A stretch of 64,000 nucleotides of DNA from Alphaproteobacteria bacterium (GTDB lineage: Bacteria > Pseudomonadota > Alphaproteobacteria > MPNO01 > UBA830). Under the pieces are notes generated by a model. The model was not told the DNA's origin. It did no database searches and worked only from the letters and a program-made list of their open reading frames with translations. Shown here in pieces: positions 10,122 through 20,200 of this stretch (the stretch's first letter is position 1; each line of letters opens with the position of its first letter). A program made the position numbers and the translations under genes. The stretch spans positions 5,248,001 through 5,312,000 of the forward strand of contig OZ251539.1 in NCBI GenBank assembly GCA_965243135.1, given 5' to 3'.

Positions 10122-11135
10122 GTGGAGGACGCGCTCAACGCCGCCGTCCTGTTGGCGAACTTCGTGATCGTGCCCGCACTGAGCTACGGTTCGCAACTCG
10201 CGCTCGGCGCCCTCGGGGTGACGCTGATCTTCGGGATCCTGCGTTTCGCGAACTTCGCGCACGGCGACATGATGGCGTTCGGAACCATGATCGTCGTACT
10301 CGCGACCTGGTGGCTGCAGGCGGCCGGCGTCGGCATCGCGCCCTTGCCGACGGCCCTGCTGGCGTTGCCGCTCGGCATCGCCGTCGCGGCCGCCGCCAGC
10401 CTGGCGGCGGACAGGTCCGTCTACCGCTTCTACCGGCGCAAGCGGAGCGCGCCGATGATCTTTCTCATCTGTTCGACCGGAGTGATGTTCGTGTTGAACG
10501 GCGTCGTTCGTTTCACGATCGGTCCGGACGACCGGTATTTTTCGGACGGGGCGCGATTCCTGATAAAGGCGCGGGAGTTCAAGAAGGCGACGGGACTCGA
10601 CGAGGGCCTTTCGATCAAGCTGTCGCAGGGGTTGACGGTCGCGGTGGCCGTCGCCGTCGTCGCGGCGCTGTTCTGGTTTCTGCAGAAATCGCGCGCGGGG
10701 AAGGCGATGCGCGCCTATTCCGACAACGAGGACCTCGCGCTGCTGTCCGGGATCAATCCCGAGCGCGTCGTGCTGTACGCCTGGCTGATCGCGTCGGCGC
10801 TCGCCACCGTGGCGGGAACGCTGTACGGCCTCGACAAGAGCTTCAAGCCGTTCACGTATTTCCAGTTGCTGCTGCCGATATTCGCGTCGGCGATTCTCGG
10901 CGGCATCGGGCAGCCGCTGGGCGCGATCGCGGGCGGCTTCGTCGTGGCGTTTTCCGAGGTCGGGATCACGTACGCCTACAAGAAGTTCCTGCGCTACCTG
11001 CTGCCCGAGGACTGGTGGCCCGACGGACTCGTTCAGTTGCTGTCCACGGACTACAAATTCGCGGTCTCGTTCGTCATCCTGGTGCTGGTGCTTCTGGTGC
11101 GGCCGACCGGGATATTCCGGGGGCGGGTCCTGTGA
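10122..11135 (+). CDS. Branched-chain amino acid ABC permease (LivH-like)
   Basis: ALGVTLIFGILRFANFAHGD, GKAMRA, RPTGIF; multiple hydrophobic segments. Confidence 0.9.
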   Translation: MEDALNAAVLLANFVIVPALSYGSQLALGALGVTLIFGILRFANFAHGDMMAFGTMIVVLATWWLQAAGVGIAPLPTALLALPLGIAVAAAASLAADRSVYRFYRRKRSAPMIFLICSTGVMFVLNGVVRFTIGPDDRYFSDGARFLIKAREFKKATGLDEGLSIKLSQGLTVAVAVAVVAALFWFLQKSRAGKAMRAYSDNEDLALLSGINPERVVLYAWLIASALATVAGTLYGLDKSFKPFTYFQLLLPIFASAILGGIGQPLGAIAGGFVVAFSEVGITYAYKKFLRYLLPEDWWPDGLVQLLSTDYKFAVSFVILVLVLLVRPTGIFRGRVL

Positions 11136-12445
11136 CCGACTCTTCGAGGGTGCGGGCCGCGTTCGCCGTCGCCGCCGGGGTCCTGATCGCGGTCGGGTTC
11201 GGGCAGTCCTGGGTCGTCAGCCTGTCGATCCTCAACCTCTGCCTGATCTCCGCGATCATGGCGCTGGCGCTGAACATGCAGTGGGGCTACGCCGGGCTGC
11301 TGAACTTCGGGTTGACCGGCTTCGCGGCGCTGGGCGGGCTGGCCGGGGTGCTGGTCTCGAAAGCTCCGGTGGTCGAAGCCTGGGAAGCGGGAGGGTCGGG
11401 ACTCGCCTACACCGTTCTGGCGCTGGCGGGCGCCGTTGCGGTCGTAATCGCCGCGCGCCGCCTCATGCGTCCGGGGCGCTGGCGGGCGCTCGCGACGGCG
11501 GCCGCGGCGCTTGGGGGGTATTTCGCGGTCAGGTTCTTCTTCGATCCGGCGACGGAGGCGATCGAGGCCGTCGACAGCGTCCGGACCGGCTATCTCGGCG
11601 GCCTGGGGCTTCCGATCATCCTGTCCTGGGCGGTCGGGGGCGCGTTCGCGGCGGCCGCCGCCTGGGCGATCGGCAAGGTCGCGCTCGGGCTGCGGGCGGA
11701 TTATTTCGCGGTGGCGACGCTGGGGATTTCGGAAATCATCATCGCCATCGTCAAGAACGAGGAGTGGCTGGCGCGCGGGGTGAAGAACGTGACCGGGCTG
11801 AGTTCGCCGGCGCCGCGCGAGATCGATCTGCAGACCGGCGGCTGGTTTCCGGAGTTCGCGGCGTGGGCCGGCATGGATCCGGTCGCGGCGTCGAGCCTGT
11901 TCGTGAAGCTGTGCCATGCGGCCCTGTTCGCGGTGGTGCTGGTCGTTCTCGTGGCGCTGTGCGAGCGGGCTCTGAATTCGCCGTGGGGCCGGATGATGCG
12001 GGCGATCCGGGACGACGACGAGGCGGCGGAGGCGCTCGGCAAGGACGTCAAGCGGCGGCATCTGCAGATATTCGTGCTCGGCGCGGCGGTGGCGGGGCTC
12101 GCCGGGGCGATGCTGACGACGCTGGACGGGCAGTTCACGCCGGGCTCCTACAATCCGCTGCGTTTCACGTTCCTGATCTGGGTGATGGTGCTGGTCGGCG
12201 GGTCGGGCAACAACTGGGGCGCGGTGCTGGGCGGTTTTCTGGTGTGGTTCTTCTGGGTGGAGGCGGAGCCGGCGGGGTTGTGGCTGGTGGACGCGGCGAC
12301 GGCCTGGCTGGCGGACGACAGTCCGTTGCGCACCCATCTGATGAAGAGCGCTCCCCACATGCGGCTCGTCGTCATGGGACTGCTGCTGCTGGTGGTGATG
12401 CGTTTCAGCCCGCGCGGGCTGATCCCGGAGACGCTGCGGAGGTAA
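11132..12445 (+). CDS. Branched-chain amino acid ABC permease (LivM-like)
   Basis: GTG at 11132; LNMQWGYAGLLNFG, LRADYFAVATLG, SPWGRMMRAIRD. Confidence 0.9.
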   Translation: MTDSSRVRAAFAVAAGVLIAVGFGQSWVVSLSILNLCLISAIMALALNMQWGYAGLLNFGLTGFAALGGLAGVLVSKAPVVEAWEAGGSGLAYTVLALAGAVAVVIAARRLMRPGRWRALATAAAALGGYFAVRFFFDPATEAIEAVDSVRTGYLGGLGLPIILSWAVGGAFAAAAAWAIGKVALGLRADYFAVATLGISEIIIAIVKNEEWLARGVKNVTGLSSPAPREIDLQTGGWFPEFAAWAGMDPVAASSLFVKLCHAALFAVVLVVLVALCERALNSPWGRMMRAIRDDDEAAEALGKDVKRRHLQIFVLGAAVAGLAGAMLTTLDGQFTPGSYNPLRFTFLIWVMVLVGGSGNNWGAVLGGFLVWFFWVEAEPAGLWLVDAATAWLADDSPLRTHLMKSAPHMRLVVMGLLLLVVMRFSPRGLIPETLRR

Positions 12446-12635
12446 GGGGCGACGGCTGTCGTTCTCCGATAAGGTCGAGGTTGTCACATCGAAAAGCAGA
12501 TCAGGCATCAAGGGGGTCGAGAACCTGTCGGTGACCGGGGTTAGCACCTTGATTGGCCAGCAAATTCATCCCGATGGCTTGCGTGACAGGGACTGCAGAT
12601 CACCTGAATCGCGCTTCAGGTTTGATGGGGGGAAC

Positions 12636-12755
12636 AATTCAGCCGCCGCCTGAGGGCGGCGGCTGAAAAGCCGGTGGATGACCTTGGGACACCGAGCCCG
12701 CACGAAGAGTCAATTTGCTACGAAAAGGAAATCGACCGCTTCTCGACTTGCTACA
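12636..12755 (-). ncRNA. tracrRNA of the type II-C system
   Basis: Minus strand TGTAGCAAGTCGAGAAGCGGTCG pairs with the repeat, and all 4 differences from a perfect complement are G.U-compatible. TTCGTAGC pairs with the repeat 5' end GCTGCGGA. Ends in the GC hairpin at 12638-12667. Confidence 0.88.
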
Positions 12756-12761
12756 GAAAGG

Positions 12762-12789
12762 ATGATAGCATCTTTTCTGGAGAATGCAA
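12762..12789 (-). promoter_or_regulatory. tracrRNA promoter
   Basis: TTGCAT-16 nt-TATCAT with an extended TG, 6 nt upstream of the anti-repeat. Confidence 0.7.
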
Positions 12790-12805
12790 CAGGGATTTTT
12801 GCAGA

Positions 12806-15800
12806 TTGTTGATTTTTGGCCTTGATATCGGGACCACCTCCGTCGGCTTCGCCGTCATCGACCACGATCCCGAGGCGGAGACGGGCAGGATCAAGCGTTT
12901 GGGCGTGCGCATCTTTCCCGAAACACGCGACCCGAAGGGCGGATCGCCGTTCAACCAAGAACGGCGGCAAGCGCGTCTGCGTAGGCGTCAACTGCGCCGC
13001 CGCCGCAAGCGTCTTCGGACTCTCCACGATATATTGCACGATGCCGGTCTGTTGCCTGTGCGCAGCTCGCACGAATGGCATGCGCTGATGAAAAGCGATC
13101 CTTATGACCTCCGGGCGCGTGCGGTCGAAGAGAAGCAGTTGAAGCCGTATGAGGTCGGACGAGCGCTTTACCATCTCGCCAAGCGCCGACATTTCAAGGG
13201 CAGGGACTTAGAAGAAGGCACCCCGGCGCCGAAGCAGCAGACGGACGCGGACGACGAAGAGAAGCAAGCGAGGATTGGTCGAGACGAGACGCTCGCCGCG
13301 TTGAAGGATGAAAGCCTGCATCTTGGGGCCTGGTTGGCGAAACGCGATCCACACAAAGAACGGCGGCGCGGCATCCACGCTACCCGCGAAACGGTAGAGG
13401 AAGAGTTCAACCGGATTTGCGAGAGACAAAGGGTGCTTGGGGCTTCAGCTTCCAAGGACCTGATCCGCGAAGCAATCTTTGTCCAGCGGCCCGTGTTCTG
13501 GCGGCTGAAAACGCTCGGCAGGTGCCGTTTTTTCCCCAATAAGGAGGAGTTGTGCCCGAAGGGCGCTTGGCTTTCGCAGCAACGACGGATGCTGGAGAAG
13601 TTGAACAATCTTGAGGTAGCGGGCGGAAACGCACGTCCGCTCGACGACGACGAGCGTCGAGCGATCCTTGATCGCCTTCAGACTCAGGCAGAGATGAGTT
13701 GGTCGGGCGCACGTAAGGCACTCGCACCTTTGTTCAGAGCTCGTGGCGAGCCGGGCGCGGAAAAACGCCTGAAATTCAACCTAGAAATCGGCGGTGACCG
13801 AAAGCTTCTCGGTAATGCGGTGGAGGCCAAGCTCGCAGATGTCTTCGATAACGATTGGCCTCAACATCCGTACAAACAGAACATCCGCAATGCAGTTTCC
13901 GAACGGCTCTGGCGAGCGGATTACAAGAAGGTCGGGAATCAACGGGTCGTTATCCGATCAGCGCGGGAGCGCAAAGAGAACCGAATACAAGCGGCTCGAA
14001 GTTTCGTCGACGATTTCGGCGTGACCGAAGAGCAGGCGGAAGCGCTCGCCGCCTTGAAACTGCCGACTGGTTGGGAGCCGTATTCGACCGAGGCACTACA
14101 AGCCGTATTACCCCATCTCGAAGCTGGCGTGCGGTTCGGAGCGCTCGTTAACGGGCCTCTTTGGGAAGATTGGCGTAACGAAACTTTCCCTGATCGAGCC
14201 CGTCCGACTGGAAAGACCGTGGATCGCCTGCCGAGTCCAGCAGATAGGGAAGAAGCTCGGCGAATCGCAGGGTTGCGTAATCCGACGGTGGTGCGCACAC
14301 AGAATGAACTTCGCAAGGTGATCAACAATCTCATCGACCTGTTCGGTAAACCGGATCTGATCTGCGTCGAAATGGCTCGCGAGGTCGGCAAGTCCAAACG
14401 TGAGCGCGAGGAGATGCAAGACCGGATCCGTACACAGGAGCGCCGTCGGAAGGCTGCACGGGAGGATTTGATCAAGAATGGAATATCCCAGCCTTCACGC
14501 GATGATGTCGAGAAGTGGATGCTCTGGGAGGAAAGCGGCAAGTGTTGTCCCTATACGGGCGATTTGATTTCCTTCGACGCTCTATTCACGGGTGAGTTTC
14601 AAGTAGAGCACATCAGGCCGCGCTCAAGGTCACTAGACGACAGCTTCGGCAACAAGACTTTATGCCGACGTGATGAAAACGTCAGGAAGGGCGATAGGAC
14701 TCCCTACGAATATCTTCACATGGACACCGACCGATGGGCGGCAATCAAGGAGCGTCTGGACAAGATGCAGGCGGTCAGGGCCGGAATGTCTCCTAGCAAG
14801 ATCAGGCGGTTCCTAGCCAAGGATTTACCGGACGACTTCGCTGCTCGTCAACTGAACGACACCGGCTATGCGGCGCGGCAAGCCGTTGCGTTTCTGGAGA
14901 GATTATGGCCCGATCTGGGGCCACACGCACCCGTAACCGTCCGGTCCGTATCTGGGCGCGTAACGGCGCAACTCCGCAGACTTTGGGGATTGAACAACAT
15001 TCTTGCCGAAGATGGCAAGAAGACTCGCGCCGATCATCGTCATCATGCCGTTGATGCACTAGCCATCGCGTGCGCTGGCGCGCATCCGGGCATGACGCAG
15101 AAACTGTCCCATTACTGGCAAGAAAAGGAATCCGGCGCGAAAGAACCATTGATGCCACCGCCTTGGAAATCGATCCGTGCCGACGCAACGAGAGCCGTTG
15201 CCGAAATTATTGTATCCCATCGCGTTCGCAAGAAGGTGTCTGGAGCACTCCATAAGGAGACGCAATACGGAGACACGGGCGAAACCGAAGGCATCTACCG
15301 ATTTTTCGTTACGCGCAAACCGGTCGAGGCTCTAAGCGGAAGAGAAATAGCGCAGATTCGGGATGAGAAAATACGTGAAATCGTACAGAAATGGGTTGAT
15401 GCACATGGAGGAGATCCTAAAAAGGCCTTTCCGCCATATCCGAAACGGAGTCGGAAAGGGCCGGAAATCCGTAAGGTCCGTCTGCGGAGAAAGCAGAAGA
15501 CGGATTTAATGGCAAAGATTACAGCCGGATATTACGATCTTGGAAAAAATCACCATATTGCGCTTTTCCACCTTCCCAACGGCAAGACGACATTCGAAGT
15601 TGTAAGTTTGTTTGAGGCGGCGCGGCGCTTGGCTCGAGGGGAACCGGTGGTGCAGCGCGACCGTGATGACGGTGCGAAGTTCGTTATGTCTTTATCTCAA
15701 AATGATGCCCTACAATTCCCAGGCACCGAAACTTCAATAAAGATAGTCGAGAGTTTATGGTCCAGTGGCCAAGTCGTCATGGTCGACCATACGGACGCGG

Positions 15801-15901
15801 TTGGTTATCCAGAGCGGCCAACCGCAAATACTATTTTGACAAAGGGTGCGAAGAAGATTTCTATCGATCCAATTGGTCGGATACGCCCGGCGAACGATTG
15901 A
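12806..15901 (+). CDS. cas9: Type II-C Cas9, about 1031 aa
   Basis: RuvC-I GLDIGTTSVG, Arg-rich bridge helix, RuvC-II VEMARE, HNH VEHIRPRS...NKTLC...N, RuvC-III DHRHHAVDA. TTG start inferred. Confidence 0.95.
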   Translation: MLIFGLDIGTTSVGFAVIDHDPEAETGRIKRLGVRIFPETRDPKGGSPFNQERRQARLRRRQLRRRRKRLRTLHDILHDAGLLPVRSSHEWHALMKSDPYDLRARAVEEKQLKPYEVGRALYHLAKRRHFKGRDLEEGTPAPKQQTDADDEEKQARIGRDETLAALKDESLHLGAWLAKRDPHKERRRGIHATRETVEEEFNRICERQRVLGASASKDLIREAIFVQRPVFWRLKTLGRCRFFPNKEELCPKGAWLSQQRRMLEKLNNLEVAGGNARPLDDDERRAILDRLQTQAEMSWSGARKALAPLFRARGEPGAEKRLKFNLEIGGDRKLLGNAVEAKLADVFDNDWPQHPYKQNIRNAVSERLWRADYKKVGNQRVVIRSARERKENRIQAARSFVDDFGVTEEQAEALAALKLPTGWEPYSTEALQAVLPHLEAGVRFGALVNGPLWEDWRNETFPDRARPTGKTVDRLPSPADREEARRIAGLRNPTVVRTQNELRKVINNLIDLFGKPDLICVEMAREVGKSKREREEMQDRIRTQERRRKAAREDLIKNGISQPSRDDVEKWMLWEESGKCCPYTGDLISFDALFTGEFQVEHIRPRSRSLDDSFGNKTLCRRDENVRKGDRTPYEYLHMDTDRWAAIKERLDKMQAVRAGMSPSKIRRFLAKDLPDDFAARQLNDTGYAARQAVAFLERLWPDLGPHAPVTVRSVSGRVTAQLRRLWGLNNILAEDGKKTRADHRHHAVDALAIACAGAHPGMTQKLSHYWQEKESGAKEPLMPPPWKSIRADATRAVAEIIVSHRVRKKVSGALHKETQYGDTGETEGIYRFFVTRKPVEALSGREIAQIRDEKIREIVQKWVDAHGGDPKKAFPPYPKRSRKGPEIRKVRLRRKQKTDLMAKITAGYYDLGKNHHIALFHLPNGKTTFEVVSLFEAARRLARGEPVVQRDRDDGAKFVMSLSQNDALQFPGTETSIKIVESLWSSGQVVMVDHTDAVGYPERPTANTILTKGAKKISIDPIGRIRPAND

Positions 15902-15913
15902 ACCGACCGAACG

Positions 15914-16843
15914 ATGATCCGCAAAACGGTCGAGTTTTCGACGCCGGGTACGCGCCTTTCGGTCTCGCATCGTCAACTTGTTGTGGAACGCCCCGATTTG
16001 CCCAAGGCAACGTTACCGATCGAGGATTTAGGTGTAGTGATCTTGGACGATGTTCGTGCGACCTATACACAAGCAGTCTTTCTGGAACTTCTACAGGGGG
16101 GCGCTACGGTGATGGTAACCGGTCGCGACCATCTCCCTGTCGGATTGATGCTCCCGCTCGACGCACACCATGTCCAGACTGAACGGCACCGCGCCCAGAT
16201 CGAAACCAGCGAACCCGTCCGCAAACGGGCATGGCAGGCGATCGTGCGCGCCAAGATCAACCAGCAAGCGGCGGTACTGTCCCACTTCACAGGCTCTCAC
16301 GGAGGTCTTGTACCCATGATCCGGCGTGTGCGCTCGGGCGATCCGGAGAATCTTGAGGCCCAAGCGGCGCAACGCTATTGGCCACGCCTTTTCGGTAGGT
16401 CATTCCGTCGCGACCGCGAGGCCGATGGCGTGAATGCGCTGTTGAACTACGGCTACGCCGTGGTGCGAGCTGCCGCGGCTCGCGCGATTGTCGCTTCGGG
16501 CTTGATCCCGTCGCTCGGCGTTCATCACAGACATCGAGGCAACCCGTTCTGTCTGGCCGACGACCTAGTGGAACCCTATCGTCCTTACGTCGATTGGCGA
16601 GTAAGATCGTTGGCAGACGCAGACGGCGATTTCGTACCCGACCTCTCCGAACGTTCGACACGCGCCGCTTTGCTATCGCTGCTCAACGAAACGGTTTGCG
16701 TCGCTGAACGCCGCGAGCCTCTACTGCTGGCTTTGCACGCAAGCGCGGCCTCACTCTGCCGTGCGTTGACAGGTGGCGACAAGACGCTGTCGCTCCCTGA
16801 AGGCTTACCTCTGGAGCTAGAACCGGCGGAGGCCGGCGAATGA
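15914..16843 (+). CDS. cas1: Type II Cas1
   Basis: NLEAQAAQRYW, NALLNYGYAV, LGVHH, LADDLVEPYRP. Confidence 0.95.
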   Translation: MIRKTVEFSTPGTRLSVSHRQLVVERPDLPKATLPIEDLGVVILDDVRATYTQAVFLELLQGGATVMVTGRDHLPVGLMLPLDAHHVQTERHRAQIETSEPVRKRAWQAIVRAKINQQAAVLSHFTGSHGGLVPMIRRVRSGDPENLEAQAAQRYWPRLFGRSFRRDREADGVNALLNYGYAVVRAAAARAIVASGLIPSLGVHHRHRGNPFCLADDLVEPYRPYVDWRVRSLADADGDFVPDLSERSTRAALLSLLNETVCVAERREPLLLALHASAASLCRALTGGDKTLSLPEGLPLELEPAEAGE

Positions 16844-17193
16844 CTTGTCAGCGTGGTCTCCTGCAGTTTCCATGGGGGTGGCGTTCCATGTGGGTCATTG
16901 CGATGTTCGATCTGCCCTCCGATACGCCAATGGCACGTAGGGCCTACGCTCGGTTTCGCAAGGACCTGCTTAGCGACGGCTTCACGATGATGCAGTATTC
17001 TGTCTATATTCGTCACTGTGCCTCCATCGAGAATGCCAAGGTTCATGCAGAGCGGATGGGAAAGCGGGTGCCATCGTTGGGAGAAGTACGGTTGTTGACC
17101 ATAACCGACAAACAGTTCGGCCGCATTGAGGTATATTCTGGAAAGAGTCGCCAGACGCCCTCGAATCCGCCCGCCCAGTTGGAGTTCTTTTGA
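16840..17193 (+). CDS. cas2: Type II Cas2 (start may be MWVIAMFD at 16888)
   Basis: MFDLP, GFTMMQYSVY, ITDKQF. Confidence 0.93.
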   Translation: MTCQRGLLQFPWGWRSMWVIAMFDLPSDTPMARRAYARFRKDLLSDGFTMMQYSVYIRHCASIENAKVHAERMGKRVPSLGEVRLLTITDKQFGRIEVYSGKSRQTPSNPPAQLEFF

Positions 17194-17242
17194 CCAAAGG
17201 GCGGGCGAAAAACGTTTTTTTTCAACCCCTTAGTACAGGGGT

Positions 17243-20200
17243 AGTGTAGCAAATCAAGAAACGGCCGCAATCCGCATCCGGCGTCGGATCGGTCCCGTGC
17301 CCGATAGTGTAGCAAATCAAGAAACGGCCGCAATCCGCAGCCGGCCGTGCGGTACTGGCGCGCCTCGCCGCAGTGTAGCAAATCAAGAAACGGCCGCAAT
17401 CCGCAGCTGTCCAATCATATCCTGCGATCCGTGGCGCAGTGTAGCAAATCAAGAAACGGCCGCAATCCGCAGCACAACGGGCCTGGAACGGATCGCCGAC
17501 CGGAGTGTAGCAAATCAAGAAACGGCCGCAATCCGCAGCCGGCCGCCAGCCTCACGGGCGATTAGGCCGAGTGTAGCAAATCAAGAAACGGCCGCAATCC
17601 GCAGCCGCCATCCCGCGTTGTGGAGCGTGAAAGTCAGTGTAGCAAATCAAGAAACGGCCGCAATCCGCAGCCATCAAGCGATATGTCTGCACGCCCGCGG
17701 CAGTGTAGCAAATCAAGAAACGGCCGCAATCCGCAGCATCGACAAGCGGTATCACGCCCGGCAGACCAGTGTAGCAAATCAAGAAACGGCCGCAATCCGC
17801 AGCGGCCCGCGCATGTTCCACGATCAGGATCGAGTGTAGCAAATCAAGAAACGGCCGCAATCCGCAGCGCACGCCCGCGGCGGCCGCGGCCGTGAGAAAG
17901 TGTAGCAAATCAAGAAACGGCCGCAATCCGCAGCGATTGCGAATATGACCATAGCGGCCGCCAGAGTGTAGCAAATCAAGAAACGGCCGCAATCCGCAGC
18001 GGATTGCTTCTTACCTTTCGCAGTATCGGCAGTGTAGCAAATCAAGAAACGGCCGCAATCCGCAGCGCGACGATACGCGCCATCCATCAATTCAAGAGTG
18101 TAGCAAATCAAGAAACGGCCGCAATCCGCAGCTATCCTTGAGCGCGAGGCTCGCGATCCGCCAGTGTAGCAAATCAAGAAACGGCCGCAATCCGCAGCCG
18201 GGCGGGCGACGACAGCTACGATCCGTTGAGTGTAGCAAATCAAGAAACGGCCGCAATCCGCAGCCGTTATACCTACGACCTTTCCAACATGATCAGTGTA
18301 GCAAATCAAGAAACGGCCGCAATCCGCAGCATCGCCATGGACGCCGAGACGAAAGCCGCAAGTGTAGCAAATCAAGAAACGGCCGCAATCCGCAGCCTTT
18401 CTTGAGCCCGGCCGGCGCGGTCGTCAAGTGTAGCAAATCAAGAAACGGCCGCAATCCGCAGCTCCAGCGCGTCGAGGTCGTTGCTAACGTCGAGTGTAGC
18501 AAATCAAGAAACGGCCGCAATCCGCAGCTAGGGATCGTCGGACGGCGCGGCCCGCACCAGTGTAGCAAATCAAGAAACGGCCGCAATCCGCAGCCGGTCG
18601 AAGCGCCTCGTCTGCATCATTTGCAGTGTAGCAAATCAAGAAACGGCCGCAATCCGCAGCTTCAAGCTCAAGCCGTTCGATTTCGTGAACAGTGTAGCAA
18701 ATCAAGAAACGGCCGCAATCCGCAGCCGCAAACCGTTACGAGTCTTGCGTCGGGCGAGTGTAGCAAATCAAGAAACGGCCGCAATCCGCAGCCGCAAACC
18801 GTTACGAGTCTTGCGTCGGGCGAGTGTAGCAAATCAAGAAACGGCCGCAATCCGCAGCTCGACGGCCGGCGATACTGGAGGACAGCCGAGTGTAGCAAAT
18901 CAAGAAACGGCCGCAATCCGCAGCGATATGGCGTTTGCGCTGTCTGATAGCAAAAGTGTAGCAAATCAAGAAACGGCCGCAATCCGCAGCATTGATTTCC
19001 ACGCATTGCCAACTGCTCTGAGTGTAGCAAATCAAGAAACGGCCGCAATCCGCAGCATACGGCGGGTGAACTCATTGACGCGCTGAAGTGTAGCAAATCA
19101 AGAAACGGCCGCAATCCGCAGCTGTTACTCCCTCGCGGTTCGCCCTCCCCGAAGTGTAGCAAATCAAGAAACGGCCGCAATCCGCAGCCGTCAGGCGCCA
19201 CGGGAGATTCCGGATTCTAGTGTAGCAAATCAAGAAACGGCCGCAATCCGCAGCGCATCGTCGCCGCGTTGTTCGGGATCGTCGAGTGTAGCAAATCAAG
19301 AAACGGCCGCAATCCGCAGCATGGGAACGCCGGGGATGCTGATCGGGTATAGTGTAGCAAATCAAGAAACGGCCGCAATCCGCAGCTGGTCTCCCCTAGG
19401 CCAGCCACGGGACCACAGTGTAGCAAATCAAGAAACGGCCGCAATCCGCAGCAGGACGGCGACCGGACAGGCGACCAGGACGAGTGTAGCAAATCAAGAA
19501 ACGGCCGCAATCCGCAGCTGGGCCGGCGGCGACCCGTTCCTCATGGAGAGTGTAGCAAATCAAGAAACGGCCGCAATCCGCAGCAAGGTAAGGGTTTGTC
19601 GGCAGACAAGATTCAGTGTAGCAAATCAAGAAACGGCCGCAATCCGCAGCTATCCATACAATGGAAGGCTTCTATGACAAAGTGTAGCAAATCAAGAAAC
19701 GGCCGCAATCCGCAGCGGGGAGATCCCAATATCGTATGTATCTCTCAGTGTAGCAAATCAAGAAACGGCCGCAATCCGCAGCTTCGTGCCGAAAGGGGTT
19801 TTCGTAGGCCAGAGTGTAGCAAATCAAGAAACGGCCGCAATCCGCAGCCCTCTAGTCTCACGGTGAAAACGGGATCCCAGTGTAGCAAATCAAGAAACGG
19901 CCGCAATCCGCAGCATGCGTTCGTCGGCGACCGTCTGCCGGTGAAGTGTAGCAAATCAAGAAACGGCCGCAATCCGCAGCCTCGAACGTGTGCTCATCTT
20001 CGCTCGACGGAGTGTAGCAAATCAAGAAACGGCCGCAATCCGCAGCTCTCATGCGCGAGCATCCCGACGCCGCCGAAGTGTAGCAAATCAAGAAACGGCC
20101 GCAATCCGCAGCGTTAATGCGAGATTTGCAATCATTCCTTCAAGTGTAGCAAATCAAGAAACGGCCGCAATCCGCAGCCTGGTATGCGCCGAAAAGGATT

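Noticed and set aside
5758-12547. Long Arg/Ala-rich alternative-frame ORFs (also throughout 44500-54000)
   Set aside because: GC-rich shadow frames overlapping well-supported genes.
12674-12805. N-terminal extension of Cas9 (1075-aa call)
   Set aside because: It overlaps the tracrRNA and its promoter; RuvC-I normally begins within a few residues of the start.
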